From Eledone cirrhosa (Eukaryota), in the NCBI GenBank assembly GCA_964016885.1, contig OZ024746.1, positions 52,328,001-52,392,000 on the forward strand: a DNA stretch of 64,000 bases, given 5' to 3'. Positions 43,551 to 58,500 of this stretch are shown here, in pieces. A program made the translations under genes and the position numbers. The stretch's first letter is position 1. Each line of letters starts with the position of its first letter. A model generated the notes under the pieces. That model saw only the letters and a program-made list of their open reading frames with translations. It was not told the origin of the DNA and ran no database searches.

Positions 43551-46500
43551 ATTGGGTATGTTATACTTAACATGGAGTAGTGTATGGTATAGAATGGTGT
43601 ATATAGGTGTGTGTTGTAAGGTATGGAATTCTATGTATTGGGTATGTTATACTGAGTATGGAGTAGTGTATGGTATAGAATGGTGTATATATGTGTGTGT
43701 TGTATGGTAAGGAATTCTATGTATTAGGTATGTTATACTGAGTATGGAGTAGTGTATGGTATAGAATGGTGTATATAGGTGTGTGTTGTATGGTATGGAA
43801 TTCTTTGAATTGGGTATGTTATATTTAATATGGAGTAGTGCATGGTATAGACTGGTGTATATAGGTGTGTGTTGTATGGTATGGAATTCTATGTATTGGG
43901 TATGTTATACTTAGTATGGAGTAGTGTATGGTATAGAATGGTGTATATAGGTGTGTGTTGTATGGTAAGGAATTCTATGTATTAGGTATGGTATACTTTG
44001 AATAGAGTAGTGTATGGTATAGAATGGTGTATATAGGTGTGTGTTGTATGGTATGGAATTCTATGTATTGGGTATGTTATCCTTAATATGGAGTAGTGTA
44101 TGGTATAGAATGGTGTATAAAGGAGTGTGTTGTATGGTATGGAATTCTATGTATTAGGTATATTATACTGAGTATGGAATAGTGTATGGTATAGATTGGT
44201 GTATATAGGTGTGTGTTGTATGGTATGGAATTCTATGTATTGGGTATGTTATACTTAGTATGGTGTAGTGTATGGTACAGAATGGTGTATATAGGTGTGT
44301 GTTGTATGGTATGGAATTCTATGTATTCGGTATGTTATACTCAGTATGGAGTAGTGTATGGTATAGAATGGTGTATATAGGTGTGTCTTGTATGGTATGG
44401 AATTCTATGTATTGGGTATACTATACTTTGAATAGAGTAGTGTATGATATAGTATGGTATATATAGATGTGTGTTGTATGGTATGGAATTCTATGTATTG
44501 GGTATGTTATATTAAGTATGGTGTAGTGTATGGTATAGAATGGTGTATATAGGTGTGTGTTGTATGATATCGAATTCTATGTATTGGGTATGTTATATTT
44601 AGTATGGAGTAGTGTATGGTATAGAACGGTGTATATAGGTGTGTGTTGTATGGTATGGAATTCTATGTATTGGTTATGTTATATTTAGTATGGAGTAGTG
44701 TATGGCATAGACTGGTGTATATAGGTGTGTGTTGTATTGTATGGAATGCTATGTATTGGGTATGTTATACTTTGTATGGAGTAGTGTATGGTATATAATG
44801 GTGTATATAGGTGTGTGTTGTATGGTATGGAATTCTATGTATTGGGTATGTTATACTGTGTATGGAGTAGTGTATGGTATAGAATGGTGTATATATGTGT
44901 GTGTTGTATGGTATGGAATTCTATGTATTAGGTATGTTATACTGAGTTTGGAGTAGTGTATGGTATAGAATGGTGTATATAGGTGTGTGTTGTATGGTAT
45001 GGAATTCTATGAATTGGGTATGTTATATTTAGTATGGAGTAGTGTATTGTATAGACTGGTGTATATAGGTGTGTTGTATGCTATGGAAATCTATGTATTG
45101 GGTATGTTATACTTAGTATGGAGTAGTGTATGGTATAGAATGGTGTATATAGGTGTGTGTTGTATGGTATGGAATTCTATGTATTGGGTATGTTATATTT
45201 AGTATGGAGTAGTGTATGGTATAGAATGGTGTATATAGGTGTGTGTTGTATGGTATGGAATTCTATGTATTGGGTATGTTATACTTAGTATGGAGTAGTG
45301 TATGGCATAGACTGTTGTATATAGGTGTGTGTTGTATGGTATGGAATGCTATGTATTGGGTATGTTATATTTTGTATGGAGTAGTGTATGGTATAGAATG
45401 GTGTATATAGGTGTGTGTTGTATGGTATGGAATTCTATGTATTGTGTATGTTATACTTAATATGGAGGAGTGTATGGTATAGAATGGTGTATATAGGTGT
45501 GTGTTGTATGGTATGGAATTCTATGTATTAGGTATGTTATACTGAGTATGGAGTAGTGTATGGTATAGAATGGTGTATATAGGTGTGTGTTGTATAGTAT
45601 GGAATTCTATGAATTGGGTATGTTATATTTAGTATGGAGTAGTGTATGGTATAGCATGGTGTATATAGGTGTGTGTTGTATGGTATGGAATTCTATATAT
45701 TGGGTATGGTATATTTAGTATGGAGGAGTGTATGGCATAGACTGTTGTATATAGGTGTGTGTTGTATGGTATGGAATGCTATGTATTGGGTATGTTATAA
45801 TTTTTATGGAGTAGTGTATGGTATAGTATGGTGTATATGGGTGTGTGTTGTATGGAATTCTATGTATTGGGTATGTTATACTTAGTATGGAGTAGTTTAT
45901 GGTATAGAATGGTGTATATAGGTGTGTGTTATATGGTATGGAATTCTATGTATTGGGTATGTTATACTTTGTATGGAGTAGTGTATGGCATAGACTGGTG
46001 TATATAGGTGTGTGATGTATGGTATGGAATTCTATGTATTCGGTATGTTATACTTAGTATGGAGTAGTGTATGGTATAGTATGGTGTATATAGGTATGTC
46101 TTGTATGGTAAGGAATTCTATGTATTAGGTATGTTACACTTTGAATAGAGTAGTGTATGGTATAGAATGGTGTATATAGGTGTGTGTTGAATGGTAGGGA
46201 ATTCTATGTATTGGGTATGTTATATTTAATATGGAGTAGTGTATGGTATAGAATGGTGTATATAGGTGTGTGTTGTATGGTATTGAATTCTATGTATTGG
46301 GTATGTTGTACTTAGTATGGAGTAGTGTACGGTATAGGATGATGTATATAGGTGTGTGTTGTATGGTATGGAATTCTATGTATTGGTTATGTTATCCTTA
46401 GTATGGAGTAGTGTAGTGCATAGAATGGTGTATATAGGTGTGTCTTGTATGGTATGGAATTCTATGTATTGGGTATGTTATACTTAGTATTGAGTAGTGT

Positions 46501-49500
46501 ATGCTATAGTATGGTGTATATAGGTGTGTCTTGGATGGTAAGGAATTCTATGTATTGGGTATGTCATACTTTGAATAGAGTAGTGTATGATATAGTATGG
46601 TATATATAGATGTGTGTTGTATGGTATGGAATTCTATGTATTGGTTATGTTATACTTAGTATGGAGTAGTGTATGGCATAGAATGGTGTATATAGGTGTG
46701 TCTTGTATAGTATGGAATTCTATGTATTGGTTATGTTATACTTAACATGGAGTAGTGTATGGTATAGAATGGTGTATATAGGTGTGTGTTGTATGGTATG
46801 GAATTCTATGTATTGGGTATGTTATACTGAGTATGGAGTAGTGTATGGTATAGAATGGTGTATATATGTGTGTGTTGTATGGTAAGGAATTCTATGTATT
46901 AGGTATGTTATACTGAGTATGGAGTAGTGTATGGTATAGAATGGTGTATATAGGTGTGTGTTGTATGGTATGGAATTCTTTGAATTGGGTATGTTATACT
47001 TAACATGGAGTAGTGTATGGTATAGAATGGTGTATATAGGTGTGTGTTGTAAGGTATGGAATTCTATGTATTGGGTATGTTATACTGAGTATGGAGTAGT
47101 GTATGGTATAGAATGGTGTATATATGTGTATGTTGTATGGTAAGGAATTCTATGTATTAGGTATGTTATACTGAGTATGGAGTAGTGTATGGTATAGAAT
47201 GGTGTATATAGGTGTGTGTTGTATGGTATGGAATTCTTTGAATTGGGTATGTTATATTTAATATGGAGTAGTGCATGGTATAGACTGGTGTATATAGGTG
47301 TGTGTTGTATGGTATGGAATTCTATGTATTGGGTATGTTATACTTAGTATGGAGTAGTGTATGGTATAGAATGGTGTATATAGGTGTGTGTTGTATGGTA
47401 AGGAATTCTATGTATTAGGTATGGTATACTTTGAATAGAGTAGTGTATGGTATAGAATGGTGTATATAGGTGTGTGTTGTATGGTATGGAATTCTATGTA
47501 TTGGGTATGTTATCCTTAATATGGAGTAGTGTATGGTATAGAATGGTGTATAAAGGAGTGTGTTGTAATGTATGGAATTCTATGTATTAGGTATGTTATA
47601 CTGAGTATGGAATAGTGTATGGTATAGATTGGTGTATATAGGTGTGTGTTGTATGGTATGGAATTCTATGTACTGGGTATGTTATACTTAGTATGGTGTA
47701 GTGTATGGTACAGAATGGTGTATATAGGTGTGTGTTGTATGGTATGGAATTCTATGTATTCGGTATGTTATACTCAGTATGGAGTAGTGTATGGTATAGA
47801 ATGGTGTATATAGGTGTGTCTTGTATGGTATGGAATTCTATGTATTGGGTATACTATACTTTGAATAGAGTAGTGTATGATATAGTATGGTATATATAGA
47901 TGTGTGTTGTATGGTATGGAATTCTATGTATTGGGTATGTTATATTAAGTATGGTGTAGTGTATGGTATAGAATGGTGTATATAGGTGTGTGTTGTATGA
48001 TATCGAATTCTATGTATTGGGTATGTTATATTTAGTATGGAGTAGTGTATGGTATAGAACGGTGTATATAGGTGTGTGTTGTATGGTATGGAATTCTATG
48101 TATTGGTTATGTTATATTTAGTATGGAGTAGTGTATGGCATAGACTGGTGTATATAGGTGTGTGTTGTATTGTATGGAATGCTATGTATTGGGTATGTTA
48201 TACTTTGTATGGAGTAGTGTATGGTATATAATGGTGTATATAGGTGTGTGTTGTATGGTATGGAATTCTATGTATTGGGTATGTTATACTGTGTATGGAG
48301 TAGTGTATGGTATAGAATGGTGTATATATGTGTGTGTTGTATGGTATGGAATTCTATGTATTAGGTATGTTATACTGAGTTTGGAGTAGTGTATGGTATA
48401 GAATGGTGTATATAGGTGTGTGTTGTATGGTATGGAATTCTATGAATTGGGTATGTTATATTTAGTATGGAGTAGTGTATTGTATAGACTGGTGTATATA
48501 GGTGTGTTGTATGCTATGGAAATCTATGTATTGGGTATGTTATACTTAGTATGGAGTAGTGTATGGTATAGAATGGTGTATATAGGTGTGTGTTGTATGG
48601 TATGGAATTCTATGTATTGGGTATGTTATATTTAGTATGGAGTAGTGTATGGTATAGAATGGTGTATATAGGTGTGTGTTGTATGGTATGGAATTCTATG
48701 TATTGGGTATGTTATACTTAGTATGGAGTAGTGTATGGCATAGACTGTTGTATATAGGTGTGTGTTGTATGGTATGGAATGCTATGTATTGGGTATGTTA
48801 TATTTTGTATGGAGTAGTGTATGGTATAGAATGGTGTATATAGGTGTGTGTTGTATGGTATGGAATTCTATGTATTGTGTATGTTATACTTAATATGGAG
48901 GAGTGTATGGTATAGAATGGTGTATATAGGTGTGTGTTGTATGGTATGGAATTCTATGTATTAGGTTTGTTATACTGAGTATGGAGTAGTGTATGGTATA
49001 GAATGGTGTATATAGGTGTGTGTTGTATAGTATGGAATTCTATGAATTGGGTATGTTATATTTAGTATGGAGTAGTGTATGGTATAGCATGGTGTATATA
49101 GGTGTGTGTTGTATGGTATGGAATTCTATATATTGGGTATGGTATATTTAGTATGGAGGAGTGTATGGCATAGACTGTTGTATATAGGTGTGTGTTGTAT
49201 GGTATGGAATGCTATGTATTGGGTATGTTATAATTTTTATGGAGTAGTGTATGGTATAGTATGGTGTATATGGGTGTGTGTTGTATGGAATTCTATGTAT
49301 TGGGTATGTTATACTTAGTATGGAGTAGTTTATGGTATAGAATGGTGTATATAGGTGTGTGTTATATGGTATGGAATTCTATGTATTGGGTATGTTATAC
49401 TTTGTATGGAGTAGTGTATGGCATAGACTGGTGTATATAGGTGTGTGATGTATGGTATGGAATTCTATGTATTCGGTATGTTATACTTAGTATGGAGTAG

Positions 49501-50134
49501 TGTATGGTATAGTATGGTGTATATAGGTATGTCTTGTATGGTAAGGAATTCTATGTATTAGGTATGTTACACTTTGAATAGAGTAGTGTATGGTATAGAA
49601 TGGTGTATATAGGTGTGTGTTGAATGGTAGGGAATTCTATGTATTGGGTATGTTATATTTAATATGGAGTAGTGTATGGTATAGAATGGTGTATATAGGT
49701 GTGTGTTGTATGGTATTGAATTCTATGTATTGGGTATGTTGTACTTAGTATGGAGTAGTGTACGGTATAGGATGATGTATATAGGTGTGTGTTGTATGGT
49801 ATGGAATTCTATGTATTGGTTATGTTATCCTTAGTATGGAGTAGTGTAGTGCATAGAATGGTGTATATAGGTGTGTCTTGTATGGTATGGAATTCTATGT
49901 ATTGGGTATGTTATACTTAGTATTGAGTAGTGTATGCTATAGTATGGTGTATATAGGTGTGTCTTGGATGGTAAGGAATTCTATGTATTGGGTATGTCAT
50001 ACTTTGAATAGAGTAGTGTATGATATAGTATGGTATATATAGATGTGTGTTGTATGGTATGGAATTCTATGTATTGGTTATGTTATACTTAGTATGGAGT
50101 AGTGTATGGCATAGAATGGTGTATATAGGTGTGT
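43551..50134. repeat. Tandem ~1.9 copies of a 3,433-bp (40-monomer) HOR unit, type Y; related copies at ~34.3-39.5 kb
   Basis: Offset 3433 for 44272/47705, 44729/48162, 44987/48420, 45673/49106, 35199/38632 and 35457/38890. 40x86-7=3433 fits one 81-bp and one 84-bp monomer. Marker GCTATGGAAATCTATG at ~35550, 38983, 45080, 48513. Confidence 0.9.
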
Positions 50135-50289
50135 GTTGTATGGTATGGAATTCTATGTATTGGGTATGTTATCCTTAATATGGAGTAGTGTATGGTATAG
50201 AATGGTGTATAAAGGAGTGTGTTGTATGGTATGGAATTCTATGTATTAGGTATGTTATACTGAGTATGGAATAGTGTACGGTATAGATT

Positions 50290-51565
50290 GGTGTATATAG
50301 GTGTGTGTTGTATGGTATGGAATTCTATGTATTGGGTATGTTATACTTAGTATGGTGTAGTGTATGGTATATAATGGTGTATATAGGTGTGTGTTGTATG
50401 GTATGGAATTCTATGTATTGGGTATGTTATACTGTGTATGGAGTAGTGTATGGTATAGAATGGTGTATATATGTGTGTGTTGTATGGTATGGAATTCTAT
50501 GTATTAGGTATGTTATACTGAGTTTGGAGTAGTGTATGGTATAGAATGGTGTATATAGGTGTGTGTTGTATGCTATGGAAATCTATGAATTGGGTATGTT
50601 ATATTTAGTATGGAGTAGTGTATTGTATAGACTGGTGTATATAGGTGTGTTGTATGCTATGGAAATCTATGTATTGGGTATGTTATACTTTGTATGGAGT
50701 AGTGTATGGTATAGGATGATGTATATAGGTGTGTGTTGTATGGTATGGAATTCTATGTATTGGTTATGTTATCCTTAGTATGGAGTAGTGTATGCTATAG
50801 TATGGTGTATATAGGTGTGTCTTGTATGGTAAGGAATTCTATGTATTGGGTATGTTATACTTTGAATAGAGTAGTGTATGGTATAGAATGGTGTATATAG
50901 GTGTGTGTTGTATGGTATGGAATTCTATGTATTGGGTATGTTATACTGAGTATGGAGTAGTGTATGGTATAGAATGGTGTATATATGTGTGTGTTGTATG
51001 GTAAGGAATTCTATGTATTAGGTATGTTATACTGAGTATGGAGTAGTGTATGGTATAGAATGGTGTATATAGGTGTGTGTTGTATGGTATGGAATTCTAT
51101 GTATTGGGTATGTTATACTTAGTATGGTGTAGTGTATGGTATATAATGGTGTATATAGGTGTGTGTTGTATGGTATGGAATTCTATGTATTGGGTATGTT
51201 ATACTGTGTATGGAGTAGTGTATGGTATAGAATGGTGTATATATGTGTGTGTTGTATGGTATGGAATTCTATGTATTAGGTATGTTATACTGAGTTTGGA
51301 GTAGTGTATGGTATAGAATGGTGTATATAGGTGTGTGTTGTATGCTATGGAAATCTATGAATTGGGTATGTTATATTTAGTATGGAGTAGTGTATTGTAT
51401 AGACTGGTGTATATAGGTGTGTTGTATGCTATGGAAATCTATGTATTGGGTATGTTATACTTTGTATGGAGTAGTGTATGGTATAGGATGATGTATATAG
51501 GTGTGTGTTGTATGGTATGGAATTCTATGTATTGGTTATGTTATCCTTAGTATGGAGTAGTGTAG
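50290..51565. repeat. 772-bp (9-monomer) local tandem duplication
   Basis: ORF pairs 50305/51077 and 50563/51335 are offset 772 (9x86-2). Boundaries approximate. Confidence 0.8.
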
Positions 51566-52199
51566 TGCATAGAATGGTGTATATAGGTGTGTGTTGTATG
51601 GTATGGAATTCTATGTATTGGGTATGTTATTCTTAGTATGGAGCAGTGTATGCTATAGTATGGTGTATATAGGTGTGTCTTGTATGGTAAGGAATTCTAT
51701 GTATTGGGTATGTTATACTTTGAATAGAGTAGTGTATGGTATAGAATGGTGTATATAGGTGTGTGTTGTATGGTATGGAATTCTATGTATTGGGTATGTT
51801 ATCCTTAATATGGAGTAGTGTATGGTATAGAATGGTGTATAAAGGAGTGTGTTGTATGGTATGGAATTCTATGTATTAGGTATGTTATACTGAGTATGGA
51901 ATAGTGTACGGTATAGATTGGTGTATATAGGTGTGTGTTGTATGGTATGGAATTCTATGTATTGGGTATGTTATACTTAGTATGGTGTAGTGTATGGTAT
52001 AGAATGGTGTATATAGGTGTGTGTTGTATGGTATGGAATTCTATGTATTGGGTATGTTATACTTAGTATGGAGTAGTGTATGGTATAGAATGGTGTATAT
52101 AGGTGTGTCTTGTAAGGTATGGAATTCTATGTATTGGATATATTATGCTTTGAATAGAGTAGTGTATGATATAGTATGTTATATATAGATGTGTGTTGT

Positions 52200-55100
52200 A
52201 TGGTATGGAATTCTATGTATTGGGTATGTTATATTTAGTAAGGAGTAGTGTACGGTATAGAATGCTGTATATAAGTGTGTGTCCTATGGTATGGAATTCT
52301 ATGTATTAGGTATGTTATACTGAGTATGGAGTAGTGTATGGTATAGAATGGTGTATATAGGTGTGTGTTGTATGGTATGGAATTTTATGAATTGGGTATG
52401 TTATATTTAGTATGGAGTAGTGTATGGTATAGAACGGTGTATATAGGTGTGTGTTGTATGGTATGGAATTCTATGTATTGGTTATGTTATATTTAGTATG
52501 GATTAGTGTATGGCATAGACTGGTGTATATAGGTGTGTGTTGTATTGTATGGAATGCTATGTATTGGGTATGTTATACTTTGTATGGAGTAGTGCATGGT
52601 ATAGAATGGTGTATATAGGTGTGTGTTGTATGGTATGGAATTCTATGTATTGGGTATGTTATACTGTGTATGGAGTAGTGTATGGTATAGATTGGTGTAT
52701 ATATGTGTGTGTTGTATGGTATGGAATTCTATGTATTAGGTATGTTATACTGAGTATGGAGTAGTGTATGGTATAGAATGGGGTATATAGGTGTGTGTTG
52801 TATGGTATGGAATTCTATGAATTGGGTATGTTATATTTAGTATGGAGTAGTGTATGGTATAGACTGGTGTATATAGGTGTGTGATGTATGGTATGGAATT
52901 CTATGTATTGGGTATGTTATACTTAGTATGGAGTAGTGTATGGCATAGACTGTTGTATATAGGTATGTGTTGTATGGTATGGAATGCTATGTATTGGGTA
53001 TGTTATACTTTGTATGGAGTAGTGTATGGTATAGAATGGTGTATATAGGTGTGTGTTGTATGGTATGGAATTCTATGTATTGTGTATGTTATACTTAATA
53101 TGGAGGAGTGTATGGTATAGAATGGTGTATATAGGTGTGTGTTGTATGGTATGGAATTCTATGAATTGGGTATGTTATATTTAGTATGGAGTAGTGTATG
53201 GTGTAGCATGGTGTATATAGGTGTGTGTTGTATGGTATGGAATTCTATATATTGGGTATGTTATATTTAGTATGGAGTAGTGTATGGCATAGACTGGTGT
53301 ATATAGGTGTGTGTTTTATGGTATGGAATGCTATGTATTGGGTATGTTATACTTGTTATGGAGTAGTGTATGGTATAGTATGGTGTATATAGGTGTGTGT
53401 TGTATGGAATTCTATGTATTGGGTATGTTATATTTAATATGGAGTAGTGTATGGTATAGAATGGTGTATATAGGTGTGTGTTGTATGGTATGGAATTCTA
53501 TGTATTGGGTATGTTGTACTTAGTATGGAGTAGTGTACGGTATAGGATGATGTATATAGGTGTGTGTTGTATGGTATGGAATTCTATGTATTGGTTATGT
53601 TATCCTTAGTATGGAGTAGTGTAGTGCATAGAATGGTGTATATAGGTGTGTGTTGTATGTTATGGAATTCTATGTATTGGGTATGTTATACTTAGTATGG
53701 AGTAGTGTATGCTATAGTATGGTGTATATAGGTGTGTCTTGTATGGTAAGGAATTCTATGTATTGGGTATGTTATACTTTGAATAGAGTAGTGTATGGTA
53801 TAGAATGGTGTATATAGGTGTGTGTTGTATGGTATGGAATTCTATGTATTAGGTATGTTATACTGAGTATGGAATAGTGTATGGTATAGATTGGTGTATA
53901 TAGGTGTGTGTTGTATGGTATGGAATTCTATGTATTGGGTATGTTATACTTAGTATGGTGTAGTGTATGGTATAGAATGGTGTATATAGGTGTGTGTTGT
54001 ATGGTATGGAATTCTATGTATTGGGTATGTTATACTTAGTATGGAGTAGTGTATGGTATAGAATGGTGTATATAGGTGTGTCTTGTAAGGTATGGAATTC
54101 TATGTATTGGATATATTATACTTTGAATAGAGTAGTGTATGATATAGTATGGTATATATAGATGTGTGTTGTATGGTATGGAATTCTATGTATTGGGTAT
54201 GTTATATTTAGTATGGAGTAGTGTATGGTATAGAATGGTGTATATAGGTGTGTGTTGTATGGTATGGAATTCTATGTATTGGGTATGTTATACTTAGTAT
54301 GGAGTAGTGTATGGCATAGACTGGTGTATATAGGTGTGTGTTGTATGGTATGGAATTCTATGTATTGGGTATGTTATACTTTCTATGGAGTAGTGTATGT
54401 TATAGAATGGTGTATATAGGTGTGTGTTGTATGATATCGAATTCTATGTATTGGGTATGTTATACTTTGTATGGAGTAGTGTATGGTATAGAATGGTGTA
54501 TATAGGTGTGTGTTGTATGGTATGGAATTCTATGTATTGCTTATGTTATACTTAGTATGGAGTCGTGTATGGTATAGACTGGTGTATATAGGTGTGTGTT
54601 GTATGGTATGGAATTCTATGTATTGGTATGTTATATTTAGTAAGGAGTAGTGTATGGTATAGAATGCTGTATATAAGTGTGTGTCGTATGGTATGGAATT
54701 CTATGTATTAGGTATGTTATACTGAGTATGGAGTAGTGTATGGTATAGAATGGTGTATATAGGTGTGTGTTGTATGGTATGGAATTTTATGAATTGGGTA
54801 TGTTATATTTAGTATGGAGTAGTGTATGGTATAGAACGGTGTATATAGGTGTGTGTTGTATGGTATGGAATTCTATGTATTGGTTATGTTATATTTAGTA
54901 TGGAGTAGTGTATGGCATAGACTGGTGTATATAGGTGTGTGTTGTATTGTATGGAATGCTATGTATTGGTTATGTTATACTTTGTATGGAGTAGTGCATG
55001 GTATAGAATGGTGTATATAGGTGTGTGTTGTATGGTATGGAATTCTATGTATTGGGTATGTTATACTGTGTATGGAGTAGTGTATGGTATAGATTGGTGT

Positions 55101-55550
55101 ATATATGTGTGTGTTGTATGGTATGGAATTCTATGTATTAGGTATGTTATACTGAGTATGGAGTAGTGTATGGTATAGAATGGGGTATATAGGTGTGTGT
55201 TGTATGGTATGGAATTCTATGAATTGGGTATGTTATATTTAGTATGGAGTAGTGTATGGTATAGACTGGTGTATATAGGTGTGTGTTGTATGGTATGGAA
55301 TTCTATGTATTGGGTATGTTATACTTAGTATGGAGTAGTGTATGGCATATACTGTTGTATATAGGTATGTGTTGTATGGTATGTAATGCTATGTATTGGG
55401 TATGTTATACTTTGTATGGAGTAGTGTATGGTATAGAATGGTGTATATAGGTGTGTGTTGTATGGTATGGAATTCTATGTATTGTGTATGTTATACTTAA
55501 TATGGAGGAGTGTATGGTATAGAATGGTGTATATAGGTGTGTGTTGTATG
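52200..55550. repeat. 2,402-bp (28-monomer) offset duplication (~52.2-53.15 kb vs ~54.6-55.55 kb)
   Basis: ORFs 52537/54939 are offset 2402. Both copies share the private variants AATGCTGTATATAAGTG, GAATTTTATGAA and AGAATGGGGTAT. Boundaries approximate. Confidence 0.75.
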
Positions 55551-58500
55551 GTATGGAATTCTATGTATTAGGTATGTTATACTGAGTATGGAGTAGTGTA
55601 TGGTATAGAATGGTGTATATAGGTGTGTGTTGTATGGTATGGAATTCTATGAATTGGGTATGTTATATTTAGTATGGAGTAGTGTATGGTATAGCATGGT
55701 GTATATAGGTGTGTGTTGTATGGTATGGAATTCTATATATTGGGTATGTTATATTTAGTATGGAGTAGTGTATGGCATAGACTGGTGTATATATGTGTGT
55801 GTTTTATGGTATGGAATGCTATGTATTGGGTATGTTATACATTTTATGGAGTAGTGTATGGTATAGTATGGTGTATATAGGTGTGGGTTGTATGGAATTC
55901 TATGTATTGGGTATGTTATACTTAGTATGGAGTAGTTTATGGTATAGAATGGTGTATATAGGTGCGTGTTGTATGGTATGGAATTCTATGTATTGATTAT
56001 GTTAAACTTAGTATGGAGTAGTGTATGGCATAGAATGGTGTATATAGGTGTGTGTTGTATGGTATGGAATTCTATGTATTGGGTATGTTATACTTTTTAT
56101 GGAGTAGTGTATGGTATAGAATGGTGTATATAGGTGTGTGTTGAATGGTAGGGAATTCTATGTATTGGGTATGTTATACTTAATATGGAGTAGTGTATGG
56201 TATAGAATGGTGTATATAGGTGTGTGTTGTATGGTATGGAATTCTATGTATTGGGTATGTTGTACTTAGTATGGAGTAGTGTACGGTATATGATGATGTA
56301 TATAGGTGTGTGTTGTATGGTATGGAATTCTATGTATTGGTTATGTTATACTTAGTATGGAGTAGTGTATGGCATAGAATGGTGTATATAGGTGTGTGTT
56401 GTATGGTATGGAATTCTATGTATTGGGTATGTTATACTTAGTATGGAGTAGTGTATGCTATAGTATGGTGTATATAGGTGTGTCTTGTATGGTAAGGAAT
56501 TCTATGTATTGGGTATGTTATACTTTGAATAGAGTAGTGTATGGTATAGAATGGTGTATATAGGTGTGTGTTGTATGGTATGGAATTCTATGTATTAGGT
56601 ATGTTATACTGAGCATGGAGTAGTGTATGGTATAGATTGGTGTATATAGGTGCGTGTTGTATGGTATGGAATTCTATGTATTGGGTATGTTATACTTAGT
56701 ATGGAGTAGTGTATGGTATAGAATGGTGTATATAGGTGTGTCTTGTATGGTATGGAATTCTATGTATTGGGTATGTTATACTTTGAATAGAGTAGTGTAT
56801 GGTATAGAATGGTATATAGAGATGTGTGTTGTATGGTATGGAATTCTATGTATTGGGTATGTTATATTTAGTATGGAGTAGTGTATGGTATAGTATGGTG
56901 TATATAGGTGTGTGTTGTATGGTAAGGAATTTTATGTATTGGGTATGTTATACTTAGTATGGAGTAGTGTATGGCATAGACTGGTGTATATAGGTGTGTG
57001 TTGTATGGTATGGAATTCTATGTATTGGGTATGTTATACTTTGTATGGAGTAGTGTATGTTATAGAATGGTGTATATAGGTGTGTGTTGTATTGTATCGA
57101 ATTCTATGTATTGGGTATGTTATACTTTGTATGGAGTAGTGTATGATATAGAATGGTGTATATAGGTGTGTGTTATATGGTATGGAATTCTATGTATTGG
57201 TTATGTTATACTTAGTATGGAGTAGTGTATGGCATAGAATGGTGTATATAGGTGTGTGTTGTATGGTATGGAATTCTATGTGTTGGGTATGTTATACTTA
57301 GTATGGAGTAGTGTATGGTATAGAATGGTCTATATAGGTGTGTCTTGTATGGTATGGAATTCTATGTATTGTGTATGTTATACTTTGTATGGAGTAGTGT
57401 ATGTTATAGAATGGTGTATATAGGTGTGTGTTGTATTGTATCGAATTCTATGCATTGGGTATGTTATACTTTGTATGGAGTAGTGTATGATATAGAATGG
57501 TGTATATAGGTGTGTGTTATATGGTATAGAATTCTATGTATTGGTTATGTTATACTTAGTATGGAGTAGTGTATGGCATAGAATGGTGTATATAGGGGTG
57601 TGTTGTATGGTATGAATTCTATGTATTGGGTATGTTATACTTAGTATGGAGTAGTGTATGGTATAGAATGGTGTATATAGGTGTGTCTTGTATTGTATGG
57701 AATGCTATGTATTGGGTATGTTTTACTTAGTATAGAGTAGTGTATGGTATGGAATGGTGTATATAGGTGTGTGTTGTATGGTATGGAATGCTATGTATTG
57801 GGTATGTTATATTTTGTATGGTGTAGTGTATGGTGTAGAATGGTGTATATAGGTGTGTGTTGTATGGTATGGAATTCTATGTATTATTATGTTATACTGA
57901 GTATGGAGTAGTGTATGGTATAGAATGCTGTATATAGGTGTGTGTCGTATGGTATGGAATTCTATGTATTGGGTATGTTATACTTAGTATGGAGTAGTGT
58001 ATGGCATAGACTGGTGTATATAGGTGTGTGTTGTATGGTATGGAATGCTATGTATTGGGTATGTTATACTTTGTATGGAGTAGTGTATGGTATAGAATGG
58101 TGTATATAGGTGTGTGTTGTATGGTATGGAATTCTATGTATTGTGTATGTTATACTTAATATGGAGTAGTGTATAAGTATACAATGGTGTATATAGGTGT
58201 GTGTTGTATGGTATGGAATTCTATGTATTAGGTATGTTATACTGAGTATGGAATAGTGTATGGTATAGAATGGTGTATATAGGTGTGTGTTGTATGGTAT
58301 GGAATTCTATGAATTGGGTATGTTATATTTAGTATGGAGTAGTGTATGGTATAGAATGGTGTATATAGGTGTGTGTTGTATGGTATGGAATTCTATGTAT
58401 TGGGTATGTTAAACTTAGTATGGAGTAGTGTATGGCATAGAATGGTGTATATAGGTGTGTGTTGTATGGAATTCTATGTATTGGGTATGTTATACTTAGT

